Assembly (NCBI GenBank): GCA_052426225.1 | Contig: JBNJNM010000023.1 | Span: forward strand, 124,001 to 188,000 | Source of the DNA: Zancudomyces culisetae HAW-14-8 | Lineage: Eukaryota; Fungi; Kickxellomycota | Direction: 5' to 3' | DNA: 64,000 nt | Shown: positions 23,991 through 36,868 of the stretch, in pieces | Position numbering within the stretch: position 1 is the first letter of the stretch | How the letters are laid out: each line of letters starts with the position of its first letter | The notes under the pieces: generated by a model | Database searches by the model: none | What the model saw: only the letters and a program-made list of their open reading frames with translations | Told to the model about the DNA's origin: nothing | Position numbers and translations under genes: made by a program

Positions 23991-25598
23991 CTACTTTACA
24001 AACCTACGTCTACGGAATACTACATTACAATCTCTGTCTGGGTTTTCTGGGCATCTGGTGATGTATATTTTGTCTGGAAACATGTGTGGTTGGCCAGTTG
24101 CTGGATCAACGCTGTTTGGACCAAATTCACAATCATTTGGTATTTCAAATTCGTATTCTCTGAGCAGGTTCGCCAACACAGTGTATATTTCGGTCCATGC
24201 CAGGTTCCTGCCAATGCATATCCTAACACCAAGAGAGAATGCAATAATTTCCTTTTTCATTTCCTCCCCATTGGGCCCCAAGTACCTATCAGGGTTAAAT
24301 ACATGTGGATCCTTCCAAACTCGCTCATCATAGTGGATACCCTCCAAAAAGATATTGATTATATGATCTGGTGGAATGTAGTAATCCGAAAGCTGGAAGC
24401 CGTCTTCTGAACTGTCTCTTGGAAAAGTACCACCAACAACGGTTCTGTACCTCATGGCTTCAAGAATTACAGCAGTAAAATAATGAAGTTTTTTTCTTCC
24501 CTCATTTACTCTGATAAGCTGTGTTCTATCGGGAAACTCTCTGTCTATTTCCTCTACTACTTTTTTGTAGATATGAGGGTACAGAGTACAGACATGCAAG
24601 AAATATGTCATGGTCATACTCGTGGTATCTATTCCAGCAACCAATATAGTACCCAATTCTACGTGTATTTGTGCTCTTGTTATCGGTTTTCCATCAATAC
24701 TTTCTTTGTTATCGATAATCATCTGCAATATATCTTCCTTTACATTTTCTCGTCCAATCTTCTCAATCTGCGCATATCGGTCAGAGATAGCATTATCTCT
24801 GAAAGCCATGTATTTCTTGAAATCTTTTATCCTGAACAGTCCAAGATACCGTTTAATAGGCTTCAAGATTGGAAATTTTGCCGTTTGTATAGCTGCATTA
24901 ACTGAATCATTCACCCACTGTGTCAAAGGATGTCCACCTGAAGGCACAGCGCCAATTTCTCTACCAAAAATCATGTGGCCGATTACGTCTGTAGTCACGC
25001 TCTGGAAATATTTGTAGTAATTGACCTTGGCTTTGCCATTTCCTGCCTCGATCAGCTGAGTTAGCTTTTTACTGAGAGCAAGATACCCATCTCTCAGAAT
25101 TTGGTCTTCCATATTTGCCAAGCTGGTAAATGTAAATACTGGCCCAATCTGTCGTCTTCGCATTCTGTTATACGCTTCATCACTGGTAGTGAATATGCTT
25201 TGTTCGATGAAAGATAGACTCTCGTATTCTTTTGATTTTGGATATTTGTAGGTAGCCAAAAGTTTTTTTGCATCAGACATGGTCGTGATTGAGACACTTT
25301 TCGGACCTATCCTAATAGTGTGTCCATACTTTTTATGGAGGTTTCCCAGGTATGTATAGCAATTTCCGCGCACAACCTGTAGATCAAATGGAAGACTTGT
25401 AAATCTACTCCACCATGGGCCGGGGATCTTCTTCAATGGGTCAAATATTGTTACCACAAGGAGCTTAACCGCTACATAAGTACTTAGTGCCGCGACCAAC
25501 GTTTTGCCGTTAAAAATAAACTTCAGACCATGAACGTCCAGCTTTTTAAGAAGCTGTGACACATGTAGTGACTCTAAACTCTTACTAAGGCACGACAT
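23991..25598 (-). CDS. Cytochrome P450 monooxygenase, 535 aa, intronless
   Basis: N-terminal anchor plus IPGP, I-helix AGIDTT, EAMR (ExxR), FNPDRY (PERF) and heme motif FSLGVRICIG. Confidence 0.96.
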   Translation of the reverse strand: MSCLSKSLESLHVSQLLKKLDVHGLKFIFNGKTLVAALSTYVAVKLLVVTIFDPLKKIPGPWWSRFTSLPFDLQVVRGNCYTYLGNLHKKYGHTIRIGPKSVSITTMSDAKKLLATYKYPKSKEYESLSFIEQSIFTTSDEAYNRMRRRQIGPVFTFTSLANMEDQILRDGYLALSKKLTQLIEAGNGKAKVNYYKYFQSVTTDVIGHMIFGREIGAVPSGGHPLTQWVNDSVNAAIQTAKFPILKPIKRYLGLFRIKDFKKYMAFRDNAISDRYAQIEKIGRENVKEDILQMIIDNKESIDGKPITRAQIHVELGTILVAGIDTTSMTMTYFLHVCTLYPHIYKKVVEEIDREFPDRTQLIRVNEGRKKLHYFTAVILEAMRYRTVVGGTFPRDSSEDGFQLSDYYIPPDHIINIFLEGIHYDERVWKDPHVFNPDRYLGPNGEEMKKEIIAFSLGVRICIGRNLAWTEIYTVLANLLREYEFEIPNDCEFGPNSVDPATGQPHMFPDKIYITRCPENPDRDCNVVFRRRRFVK

Positions 25599-27098
25599 CC
25601 CTGTTGCTAATTCAAGAAATCACAATCAATTTTTCTTTAATATCTTTTCTTTTTGCAACTAGTTTGCTAGACTTGTTATATTTATACAAAAATAGAAAAT
25701 ATTTACAAGCGTATATTGAGAAAAATAATCGATAGCAACCTAAACACTTCATACACATATTTTCATTCGCAATAAAGACGAATTCGCCCGTTTATTTTTT
25801 AATGCGAGCTTAAACGTAACCAGTAGAAGCCCAAAAGCTCATTATATACACTCTAGAAGCGTTCAAATTATGCACAAACTAGACTATGTCAACAAAAGTA
25901 TTATTCTTGGGTAGCAAGATCTTGTGTTAAAAGAAAGTTGAAAAAAAAGTACATAAATGTTTTTGTTTGGTCGTTTTTCTCCGCTCTCAAACACAATAGG
26001 TCCATTTGTGAGCCCAGATGTCACGTTTTTCAACCAAGAAAGTTGTTAAGCTGCTTGGTTGTTGGTGTATAGTTTGAATATATTCAAGCACCTAGACCAG
26101 GCCACAATTATTTAATAACTCTTTTTTTTTCCACAAAGTGGGCTTTGTGAACATTACACTTGCCTGTTTAATTTTTTTTGTTGCTACCTGGGTGTGGTAT
26201 AGGAACTTATTATTAATATGAAGCTTAAGGTTTAGCTCAAGAGGTTGAATTATGTTATATGTTGACTAGATCAGGACATTTTTTCTACATTCCATAGTTT
26301 CCACCCCCTCATCATTATCCCGCATGCTATGGTTGTTGACTATTTTGAATCTTTTATTAAAAATGTTAGTTCTACTTTGACCATATCTTACATCTATGTT
26401 GGATTACAGCCTTAAAAAAATCAAACTCCGCGCACGCTTTCAATATGCAAGAGCCAGCCACACATTTTCGAGTTGGTCCCAAGAAATATGAACGCTTAAG
26501 CCATCAATAATAGTTTTGGATGGAATACCACCAACACTAGCGCTTATTTAATGCGTTCCTAGATGCCAAAGATACCCATCCCTATCACCACTTCCCCGTT
26601 TTGGAGGGTAATTTGGGTTTTTATGAAATGTAGGTTTTGCTAGTAACTTTAACATAAAATAAGGAGCTACTCGAAGCAAGTTTAACAAAGAAATTCTCAA
26701 TACCAATATGAAGATCAAAAGTATTGTATTACAAAAAGTAGATGTAAAAAAAGGCAGAAATTTAGAATTGGTGGTTTAGGCGCTTCAAGATGATATGAAG
26801 CGTGTAATCCGTAAACATTTCAAATGAGTTATAGATGTTCTATGCAACGAAGGCGGCTAGAAATAACCGGATAGAGGAGCAATGTCTGGTTTTAAGTGTG
26901 TACTTTACAACATAAAAAGTATGCAAGTTTGGTCATCGAAAATCACCATCTACAATTGGAAATACGAACTAGTCTTTTGTTTCTGTCAGTACTTTTTCCC
27001 GAGGATACCGACTAATCCTAGTGAAATAAAAGTAAGAAAAACAGGCACAAAAAAAAAAAGGTGGGTAAATTTTTTTTTTTAGTTATGCATATAACACT

Positions 27099-28591
27099 CT
27101 ACAAAATGTATTTGGCTCTTTTAGAAAAGGGATTGAAGATAATTCTTCTTAGAACTACCGACGTAATTATTGCAACTATAATAGCAAAGTAATATTTCCT
27201 AAAACCACTAGAAGCTCTATCAATTAGCCTTCCTAGCAACGATACATTCCCAACAGACTTCTGCTGGCTTTTTTGGGAGGAAAGCTGTGCTGCACCGCTT
27301 TGAACTGCGTTGCGGTTGCTTCCAAAGAAAAATGATAACAGCGGGAGCGTAGCTGGTGTGCTGCTAGTCTTTTTATGTTCAACCTCGTTGACCAGTCTGC
27401 CAATACATTTGCCGATGCCCTTTACCATCTTTTTTTCCAAAAACATATACATCGAAGTTGGCTTTACAGTGCCACCATTTTGCGCCGGGCTTGAGGCAAA
27501 AAGTTTACCAAGACCCAAATCTGCATCAAAAACCCAATATAGTTTGCTTTTATTTTCGCTTAGCCGGAGTATCTTGAATCCAGTGGCCAGAATGTTCACT
27601 CTAACCGCAGATTCCGATGAAATATCCTGTACTCCGTAAAAATCGGTGCCTCGCTCAACAATGGTATATTCTACCAACCCTACCTTCTCATCAAAGATTT
27701 CTTTGATATTACTTACTACAACTGCATCCCTAGCAGGTACAACTTTCCAAACTATTTCCTTGCTTCTATAGTAATTGATGGTTGTATGCGTATCAAATCT
27801 GTAGACCTCCTGGGCAGTATTTACCATTAAATCCCATAGCGGCCTTTTAGACACGTCGCTGATAAACTTTGATACTTCGGATATCTCGGCATTCACATCT
27901 GTTTCTACAACGATGGCATTACTTTTAACAATATTCGAATTTCTATATATTTTCATTGTTGTACTCTCGTCAATTTTTTCCCAGTCCCCGCTTTCAGTGC
28001 GTGCGTGTAAAATACATGATTCTAAAGAGTTGTGTGCTTGATTGATAGTAGCTACATACTCTTTAGCATCTCTTGCTTGCAGTTGTTTCTTGTTTAAACT
28101 TTCTATAGTCTTGTTAAATCGGGTGACGAGTTTTTCCATTTTTCGCTTTCCATTTTCCTTTTGATATGACTTTGAATGCGAATCAGCACGCTTGCTACTA
28201 GTTTGCCTCTCAACATTCACATTTGCTATCGGTGTTGATTTTTCCGCCGCTGATGCTTGCTTGTCCTCCTGAATTTGTGTCGAAGACTCCACCATTTCAA
28301 CGTGCTCAGCTTTAAGTAAATTTCGTACAAAAACCAATGCCAAAATGGACAAAGGCACCTGTAATGTTGTCCTTCGAAATACTATTCAAGCAGAATTTGA
28401 TGATTTTTATCATAGATTTTCAATAGACTGCCGGAACTTAATACAAAAACAATTTACTTACTTTCAACATTAGAAATTAGAATCGAAAAAACCGTGGCAA
28501 AACCAGCAAAGAAACTCAAAAGTATACCCCCCACAAAGTCTCCGCTGGCTCTCAAATTCACTCGTTCCCCTGTATCCTGATATGTGGCCAT
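27099..28591 (-). CDS. START (SRPBCC) lipid-binding domain protein with hydrophobic segments at both ends, 470 aa
   Basis: Exons 28591-28462 and 28381-27099 splice in frame. START motifs W.......IY, RPLWD, VVPARDAV, VRVNI..GF.I and C-terminal helix. TM-like segments near both termini. Confidence 0.85.
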
Positions 28592-29306
28592 TTTTTTGAC
28601 GATTTTATTGTAACATTTGTTCTCTTTGTTCTCCTTGCTGTATATGTTTTACACGTTCACAGTTGATTGTGTTGCTGGCTGCTGTTAACCAAGAAGAGGA
28701 TTTCTATAATCTGTGATAATTTAACAACCGTAAAATAAAATCAGGTCATTCCCAATTTTGACACATGCAGTTCTTTTTTAACATTTTCAAGTCTATTCAC
28801 CTGAGCAAATTGATGGGAGGATGCACTAAAGATTTAATACCCGCAATTTATGAATTATGTGCATTCATTGGCTGTACGAGAAGTAAGGTTGAAAAAAAAT
28901 TAATGCAAAACCGCTTCCAATAATCATTGCAAAAATTGATAATAATGCTGAAAAAGAAAAGAAATAGATACTGATCTACTAACTTAAGCAAGATGGGTGA
29001 GAGGAGGATATTGTGGTCATAATGTGTTTTTAGCAAGTAGATTATACATTCGCCTTTTTATTCGAACTTTGGTGATTAAAGAGAAAAACTAGCAAAAATA
29101 AAGAGCATGGTACTTGCTGTTAATGGGTAAATGCAAAAGAGGTCTGTGCCTCCTACCTTACAACATTATTTTCGCGGGCACGGATTTCGATTTGATTTCT
29201 GTTTGTGTTATTCAACACTAGATACAACCACTACACAAACCACTGATCGCCCTCCTATTGAATGAAGAGTATTTAATTGTAAATTTTCGCCATTTGCACG
29301 ATTACT

Positions 29307-30677
29307 TTATAGCGGTCCATGTCTGAGCCTGGGTATATTCTTTCGGCAATAAAACCGCATCAAAACCATTGTGATTCCACTGATATAGAAGAATACTGCT
29401 CCAAAAATGATAACCGGTGTATAGTTCGTTTTTTTTCCAAGTGTGTCAAAAATGAGCCCTAATAACGGCGCTGCACATAGATTGGTAAGTCCAGAAACCA
29501 TGAAAAATAGCCCATTTGCCTGAAGTAATATATGTGATTGATAGTTATTGCTGAGTAGCACCGGTCCCAACGCAAAGATAGATGAGGAGCAGAGACCATA
29601 TAGGGCGTAAAACACAATGTGCAATGCAAAGCTTTTATTGGACATCCATAGTGCCAGCATCAGAGTTCCGGCTGAAATATTTGTAAATATTAGTATGTTT
29701 ATAGGTCCTGCTCTATGTGATATGAACATAACAACTATACGTGCAAGCAGTGCCGACGCATTAAATACTATGACCAGGTAATATGCGGTTGATTTGGCCA
29801 TCCCAAGATCAATAACACTTGCTGGAAAGAATAAGATGGGGACCATATATCCAACATTCAGGGTAATCATCGCAACACACAGAAAAAGCATATATGGGTC
29901 TTTTAAGAGCGCTAATGAAAGTGGATACCTGGAGAACTTGATTGGAGTCCGTGGGTATACAAAGATAAGGCTTAATAGAGCAACAGAAAAAAATATAATG
30001 CCCAGTATTCTGAAAGCCCAATCAATCCCTCCTAATCTTTCTATGCAGAGGGTGATAATAGGAACCAACACCATTCCACCAAGCACACTACCTGAAGAGC
30101 CCAATGTCACCGCTGTTGCCCTCCTCTTCACAAACCAACCAGCTGTTATTGAAAATACTAGATTATTCAATATTCCTACTGATATGCCGTAGATAAGGCC
30201 TTGAGTCATTATTAATTGCCATACCTGATTGCTGAAGCTCGCAAGAATCATCGCAGAAGTTCCAGCTATAAGGGTTAGTAGCATTGTTTTTTTTATACCA
30301 AGCAAAGAAGATAAGGGTCCGGAAAAAATACCGGATATCGATACAGCAGCGTTGTTTGTAGAACCGATCCATGAAATAGTTGAGGCTTTTTCGTGCACAA
30401 ACATCGTTTTCAGATAATATGCCTGAAATATACCATAAACCATGAATACACCGAATGCAACAAATACATTCATAAGACTCAAAACGGATAGAAACCAAGC
30501 ATATGAACTATCAGGTCTTTTCTCTCCTATGACGCCGTCACCATTGGCGTCAGCATTTTCAACGTGGCTTTTTTTTTCCGAGTTGTCGATCTCATTCTCG
30601 CGTTCTATAAGAATGCTCTCCCTTTCTATGTATTGCTCTTCAATTATTTCGCCGCCCATTTTCCTTTGTAGTATCAT
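29307..30677 (-). CDS. MFS transporter, monocarboxylate porter (MCT/MCH)-like, 456 aa
   Basis: PDSSYAW, YGIFQAYY, ISWIGS, LIMTQGLIYG, WFVKRRATA and about 12 hydrophobic segments. Confidence 0.93.
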   Translation of the reverse strand: MILQRKMGGEIIEEQYIERESILIERENEIDNSEKKSHVENADANGDGVIGEKRPDSSYAWFLSVLSLMNVFVAFGVFMVYGIFQAYYLKTMFVHEKASTISWIGSTNNAAVSISGIFSGPLSSLLGIKKTMLLTLIAGTSAMILASFSNQVWQLIMTQGLIYGISVGILNNLVFSITAGWFVKRRATAVTLGSSGSVLGGMVLVPIITLCIERLGGIDWAFRILGIIFFSVALLSLIFVYPRTPIKFSRYPLSLALLKDPYMLFLCVAMITLNVGYMVPILFFPASVIDLGMAKSTAYYLVIVFNASALLARIVVMFISHRAGPINILIFTNISAGTLMLALWMSNKSFALHIVFYALYGLCSSSIFALGPVLLSNNYQSHILLQANGLFFMVSGLTNLCAAPLLGLIFDTLGKKTNYTPVIIFGAVFFYISGITMVLMRFYCRKNIPRLRHGPL

Positions 30678-31035
30678 TTATTCATATTATTTTAAAGTAT
30701 AACATTGCTGTATTCCCTTTTCTGACTCTTTTCACGTTCTATTGCTTTTGTATGGTTTTACCTTCTTTTTTTTTAAACACAAAAAAAGCAGCATCTTGGC
30801 CAACCAAATGCTTTAAGTAAAGATTAATTTGGATTTATCAAACAAAATTGTAGATAATCCTACCCGGTTTTTGAATCCTGAAGATTGCTGTACTCCCGAA
30901 AAAATTTTTTTTGCTAGGACAGGATCATATTTGTTTTTCGAGCCCAAGAAAAAAAAAGACGCAACGGAGTCACCATCTGCGCTTGAGATATCATAAAACA
31001 TAATGTTGAGAGTGCATGTGTAAAGTTGGGTAGTG

Positions 31036-31053
31036 CCCCCCCCCCCCCCCCCC
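31036..31053. repeat. poly-C tract (18 nt)
   Basis: Direct reading. Confidence 0.9.
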
Positions 31054-31677
31054 TTGTTCTTGTGACCTTCTTTTTCAAACACATGTATATTCATGTAGAT
31101 ATGCGGACATAGCATACTATCACTGAATTTTATGTATTCCACAACCTATTCTGAACATAAAAGGATCATACTCAGCGTTGTAAGCAGAACTAGCTAAATG
31201 TTAGAGAAAGGGTTATATATTTGACCCTACCGAGTTTAATATTTACATATACACCAACAAACAATCGCATTTTTATGCTAGCGATATCAAAACATGAGGC
31301 ATAGTTTATAAAATATCTCGAATGAAAAAAGGAAGGCAAGTGTGGCTTAGCTCAAATATATTAAGAGAATGGATATGGTTTATTCTATCCCTAGGTTTAT
31401 TCCATTGTTTGTTGTAAGCAATAAAATGGATATAATAATGTTAAAAATCAAGAAACAAACAAAAAACAATTTGTTTGTAGATGTAGATTTATACGAGGGT
31501 TATTTCTTTTATAAATAGAGTTTTTCTACTGATGAATGTGGGAGAGGGCAAGTTGGTAAAAACTAGTTTGGATCAAACATGATGGCTCTAATAACAAGAA
31601 TAAAATGGATAAACAAAGGTATCATATACCTAAAGTGTATTAAGGTTGGTGAGCCAACAAAGTGGGAACATGTGATA

Positions 31678-31732
31678 TTTGGGTTTGGATTTGGATTTGG
31701 ATTTGGATTTGAATTTGAATTTGAATTTGGAT
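31678..31732. repeat. Hexamer microsatellite (TTTGGA)n grading into (TTTGAA)n
   Basis: Direct reading, about 9 units. Confidence 0.9.
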
Positions 31733-31944
31733 GACTGCATACCACCCTGTGCATATATCTGTAGGATGTTATCGGAAGATCACGCCAATATTTTCTGGTG
31801 GTCTTTCAGTGTGGTTGGTTGTGAAAGTGGGTACTGGGAAATGTTTTTAAGCACAAATATTCTAGTAATACAAAAACCTAAAATAGCACTGAAAATTACA
31901 GAGCTAAAATTTTTTTTCAAGAGGAGGGAGAAAAAAAAGCGGGC

Positions 31945-32002
31945 AAGGAAAGGATAGGAAGGAAAAGGAAATGAAAGGAAAGGAAAGGAAGGGAAATGAA
32001 AG
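31945..32002. repeat. Imperfect (GGAAA)n purine microsatellite
   Basis: Direct reading. Confidence 0.8.
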
Positions 32003-33465
32003 AGCTTTCAAAAGCATGCCATAATTTTCCTGAGCTCTATGATACTTAATTTCAAAGTTATATGTTTGCAATGTGTGCAATATTCACAAAATACGATTCT
32101 TTTATCCACCAATTGGTTGCTTAAACGAGCAAATAAATCAAAACATTAAACCTTGAGAGGAAGAGGTTAAAGGAAGCCAATCTTTACCCGCTTGTGTTTT
32201 TTTTTTCAAGAGGTTACTAATTTTGGGCTTATTTAATTTTTATTGTGACCAATATTTGCCATAAGGTCATTATTTTCAAAATAGGAGGCCAATGGTCAAC
32301 AAAACTTAAAGCAGATATTTGGTGAATAGGGAAATATCAAAAATATGATTGAGTAATTACAAAATTTTCGATTAAGCAATTGTAAGGTTTACAAGAAAGT
32401 AAATCCAAAAACAAAAAAAAACAACAACAAAGATAGAGATAGTCATTGAGCAAAAACTGGATGGCTGAAATACATACCCAAAATACAATCCAGTTATCAT
32501 CGCCTATTAATAAAAACTTTTTACTAGTGGTTTGTACAAAACAAATTAAATGTGACAAATGATATATTCATAACAATTTAGTAAAAGGTGCAACAAAAAA
32601 AACTTTGGAAAAAAGTATCAATAGTTGAAAAAATTTAAAATGTTGGACAATAAAAGTTCCTCGATAAAATTACGAACCCCAACCAGCACCAATTATTCAG
32701 ATCAATAAATGAACTAGTATTTACCGCTTTTTTTAAATGTGATTTCGCTAGAAACTAATAAAATTTGATGTACTCTCACCAATTGTTAATAAGAGCAATA
32801 CTTTAAGTTACATAATTAACATGGCGAAATACCTTTTGACTTTACAACTTTAAAAATATGGAGGTATAAATAAAAAACACATTTCCTATCTGTATCCGCG
32901 ATAATATTGTTAAAATAGACTAAAATAATTTTCCTTGAACAAAAGTCGAAAACAAGACATTTTTTCACAACCTCGCTGTCAGGCTTAAGAGAAAGTTTAG
33001 TCAATAAGGAACACCTTCATCTGAATTTGTAGGTTAACTATTAGTATTTCTACGCTTATTTACAAAAAGGTAAGAGTAAATGATGAATGGTGAATGGTGA
33101 ATATTTTTTAGTAGAACTGCTAGCGTGTGTGCTGTGATACATGCAGGACATAAGCTCGATACTATAGCGCTTCGCTTTTATATATGTATATGTTATTATC
33201 CCCTTCAACCGTGAAACTGTTTTTCTTTTACTACTGGTTTCTCGTGTTTCGTATACTTTGAGAAGGGGAGTGTCAACTAGATGCATACTAACCAGCTACA
33301 CTGCAGTGCTATATTTGCTTGTTGTATGAAATGTGGTGGGAGGAGGAGGAAGGACGTAGACTCTTTTGTGTACTCAATCTATAACTTTGGTTATTAACTT
33401 TCTATTCTTAGAACACTCGAAGAAAATATCTGCAAGATATATATTACAGCTCGGAAACTTGAAAC

Positions 33466-34714
33466 ATGTACAAAGGAATAGTATTAGCACTTTCTACTGC
33501 TGCTGCAGTTCTAGGTAACAACTCAAATTAAATACATTACAGATTTTGTCATCAGAATAGTGACTTATTTATTTATTCTAATGCTTTATCTTTTTTTTTG
33601 TGAAACCGTATCATTAGGACAATGCTCAAGTGATATTACGATAAGCGACCAGAGCGGAGTAGACGCCATCGGTGGATGTTTGAAGTTTAAAGGCTCAATC
33701 AAAATAGATTCTTTTTCAGGCTCATCCATAACTCTGGGCTCTCTGCAAACCGTCGAAGGGGACATTATGGTAAATAACAGCTTTAACCTTGCTACTATTT
33801 CCATGTCCAAACTTGAGGCTGTTTCAGGAAAGTTTTATGTCGAAAACAATATTCAAGCTGTTGGTGTCAATGTTCCATCGCTGTCATCTGTCGGTGACTT
33901 TCAACTTGTCAACAACCCAAATCTGTCCACATTAACCTTTAGCAACTTGGGTGCGGCAAAAACATTCCGCCTAGTTCAGTCCTCCGTCAGCACCTTGGGA
34001 GCGTTGAATTTCCCTCAGATCCAGGATTTGGAGTTTAGCGATAACTCCTTCTTGAGCTCAGTTACTCTGCCTAATCTTACTGAAATTACCGGAACGGTCG
34101 TTCTTGTAAACAACAAACCCGATATGGTCGTGAAATTCCCTAAATTGGACTCCATTGCCAAGCAACTGACTGTTATGAACGCAGCTAGCATGAATATGAC
34201 TTCACTATCAAAAACCACAGGAACACTAAACTTTAGAAACAATGACTTTGACTCTCTTGACTTCCCTGGACTTGGAAATGTGTCTATCGATATTCAAATA
34301 GTTGGAAACAACAATCTAAAAGACATGAGCTTCCCTGTTCTTCCTTCAATCTCTGGTGGTTTGGTAATTCAAGATAACCCCCTCATTACTGAAATCAAGG
34401 ACACCTACTTTAGTGCCCTCAACTACGTCAAAGGTGCTCTCATTATTTCTGGTCCAATCTCAAACATCACATTCCCAAAACTCACTAGAGTCGATGGTGC
34501 CATTAACATCACCTCCACTGTAGATCTAGACTGCAACAAAGTGAGGGCTGCTTTGGCCTCTAAGGGAAAATCCAGATTTAGTTGCAAAGCTAAAGCATCA
34601 TCAGGATCCGATGTGAGCACAGACAGTTCTGCACTCAGCCTCACCGTCAAGCCCACTCACCTCTTTGGCTCTTTGATTATTGGTGCACTTTTTGCCGCCG
34701 TGTGCGCATTCTAA
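33466..34714 (+). CDS. ECM33: Ecm33/Sps2/Meu10-family GPI-anchored cell-wall protein, 381 aa
   Basis: Exons 33466-33514 (signal peptide MYKGIVLALSTAAAVLG) and 33618-34714. Repeated FPxLxxVxG receptor-L-like units, LDC...C and a hydrophobic GPI signal. Confidence 0.9.
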
Positions 34715-36868
34715 GCCTAATGCTCTCTCCGTTTACCTCTTTTTTTTTCAAAGACTTTTTATTTTACTAACTTTACTCCTTTACTCCAACTAAAACATAT
34801 ACAGAACTGGTTTGTTAATTACAGAAACAAGTCGTTTAAAACTACAGGCGAATCTCGATTTGCCTGATTATACTCTTTTGTTTTTATCGTTTTTTTATTT
34901 CCTATAACTAACTAACCCCCCTTTTTTTTACGAGACAGTAACTTTACTTAAATCTTCCCACAAATAAAACGAACAAATACACTATACATGCCTTAGAAAC
35001 CCATATCTCTACGCATTTGTCAGGCTTTAAGAGTTTTCTCATGTCTTCGCTTTCCCTCTCTTTCCTTTCCCATTTCAAACATCGGGCTTTGCGGATTTTA
35101 CAAATTTGCTCCTCAAAGTTTAACTAACCGAAAACTAATCCTGTTTTCTTTAAAATCTGTTCTCGCAACTCTAAAAACCAAAAAGCGACTTTTCTTGAAT
35201 GAGCTCAAACCTAAAAATAGTATGTAATCTTAGGTTTCCCCAGCATATCAATGTTTGTATTGATAATGCCCCAATTTATACATGTAGAGCACCTTAGATA
35301 AGGTGATCCTGTTTGTTTACCCAAATTGTTCACTGTGGATTAAAAACTAAAAGATAGCAAATACATACGTAACAACCAAACCCAGCTTTAGGATGTAATG
35401 TTGGCAGGGTCTAGTCGTATAGTGATAAGAAACACCTGTTAAAAAATGAAAACACAGGCAAGATGAGACGAAAGCTGATTGATACAGAATAGTAAGGTGA
35501 ACCCATAAATATGGAAACGGTAAACAGGCTATGGAGCAGTTTAGTCTTTTGCTATTTTATTAATTGGCCGACATTAGCGGTATACATTAAACTAAAAAAG
35601 TTTTGGTAAATATTTTGGGGCAACGGAACAATCCGCTAATCACTTTGTAATAGTTAGTTATGTTCTTATATAAAAAATAGGTTTTGCCTATCTCATTTTT
35701 TTGTTTTGCAAAGATATAAACGACAATTAACTAAATAACGCAGTGTTAGATAACAGCTTGCAATGATATGGCCTTTCTTGAGGGCTGACAACTCATTCTC
35801 AACCCATTCGATCTCTTTCCAATACATAAAAAATTTTTTTTATGCATATTGTATTTCCATGAGTTAACACCTCATCAATCCTTATTTTGAAGAGCCAGTA
35901 AACATAACGCACAGCAAATACAAAAATAAAATAGGTTAAATTGCTCTTTATTGTGTTTTTCTCGTTTAGTGAAGGAACCTATTTAGGCTAAGTAAATAAA
36001 ATCAATGTCCAATAGCCGCAAAATGATGTATTTGCTCGGCTGATAATGCTTTGTCCTGGCAACACAAATTACAAAACGAAGGCGTTTTTCAGATGCAGCA
36101 TCCAGGCATTTTTATGTCACCAACGAGTTAGTAAAAACTAATAGCCTGAATCACTAAATTTGGTAATAAGGGTAAGCTTTTTTTTTTTTTGCTTGATGGG
36201 TTTATTAAATTTTTGTCGCTTACAGCTATACAGAAATGCGAGAATTTACAAAAATCGAACACAAGTACTGACAATTGGTGTACGTTCTCTAATTCTGCAC
36301 TTTTTACTCGGGGTTTCTGACGTTTTACATCCCGCTAAGGAAACTATGCAGTTGTGTTCTTGTTGTGATAAATCGCAATAACACGTCAACTCTCCACTAT
36401 TTATGAAAAAAATATAAAATATATATCATAATAAAGCAAAACAGAACAAGTCATACAAATTAAAAAGCATGACCATTGATAAAATATAAGAACACAGAAA
36501 AGAAGGTTTGTACAATCTATACAGAGAAATTTGCTAATATGTGTTCTATTTTCGGTTTTTAGATGAACAAGACCTTCAACCGAAACTGGGTATGTGACCT
36601 TGGATCTTGTTCATAGTTGAGTCAGAACTTTGAAAAAATCTGGGTGTGTTCAGTCTTGACTACCATCAAAAAGAAAATAACCTATTTACCAAGGTTGGTT
36701 TCGATATTTTCTTTTACTTTTGTATAGTTTTCCTATAAATACCCATGTATCCCTGGTGGGTATCGCATCCTACACAACACTGTAATTTTTCAATACCTTG
36801 CTTAATTTAAGTTATTACCACTCTAAAATCCAATACCAAACGGCCAATTTGCCAGGAACGAGAGAAAA

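Noticed and set aside
35240-35300. IDNAPIY resembling a Tc1/mariner DDE motif
   Set aside because: A single short motif with no flanking transposase similarity or terminal repeats.
36519-36535. ATACAGAGAA, like the U6 ACAGAGA box
   Set aside because: Not followed by GATTAGCATGG or other U6 features.
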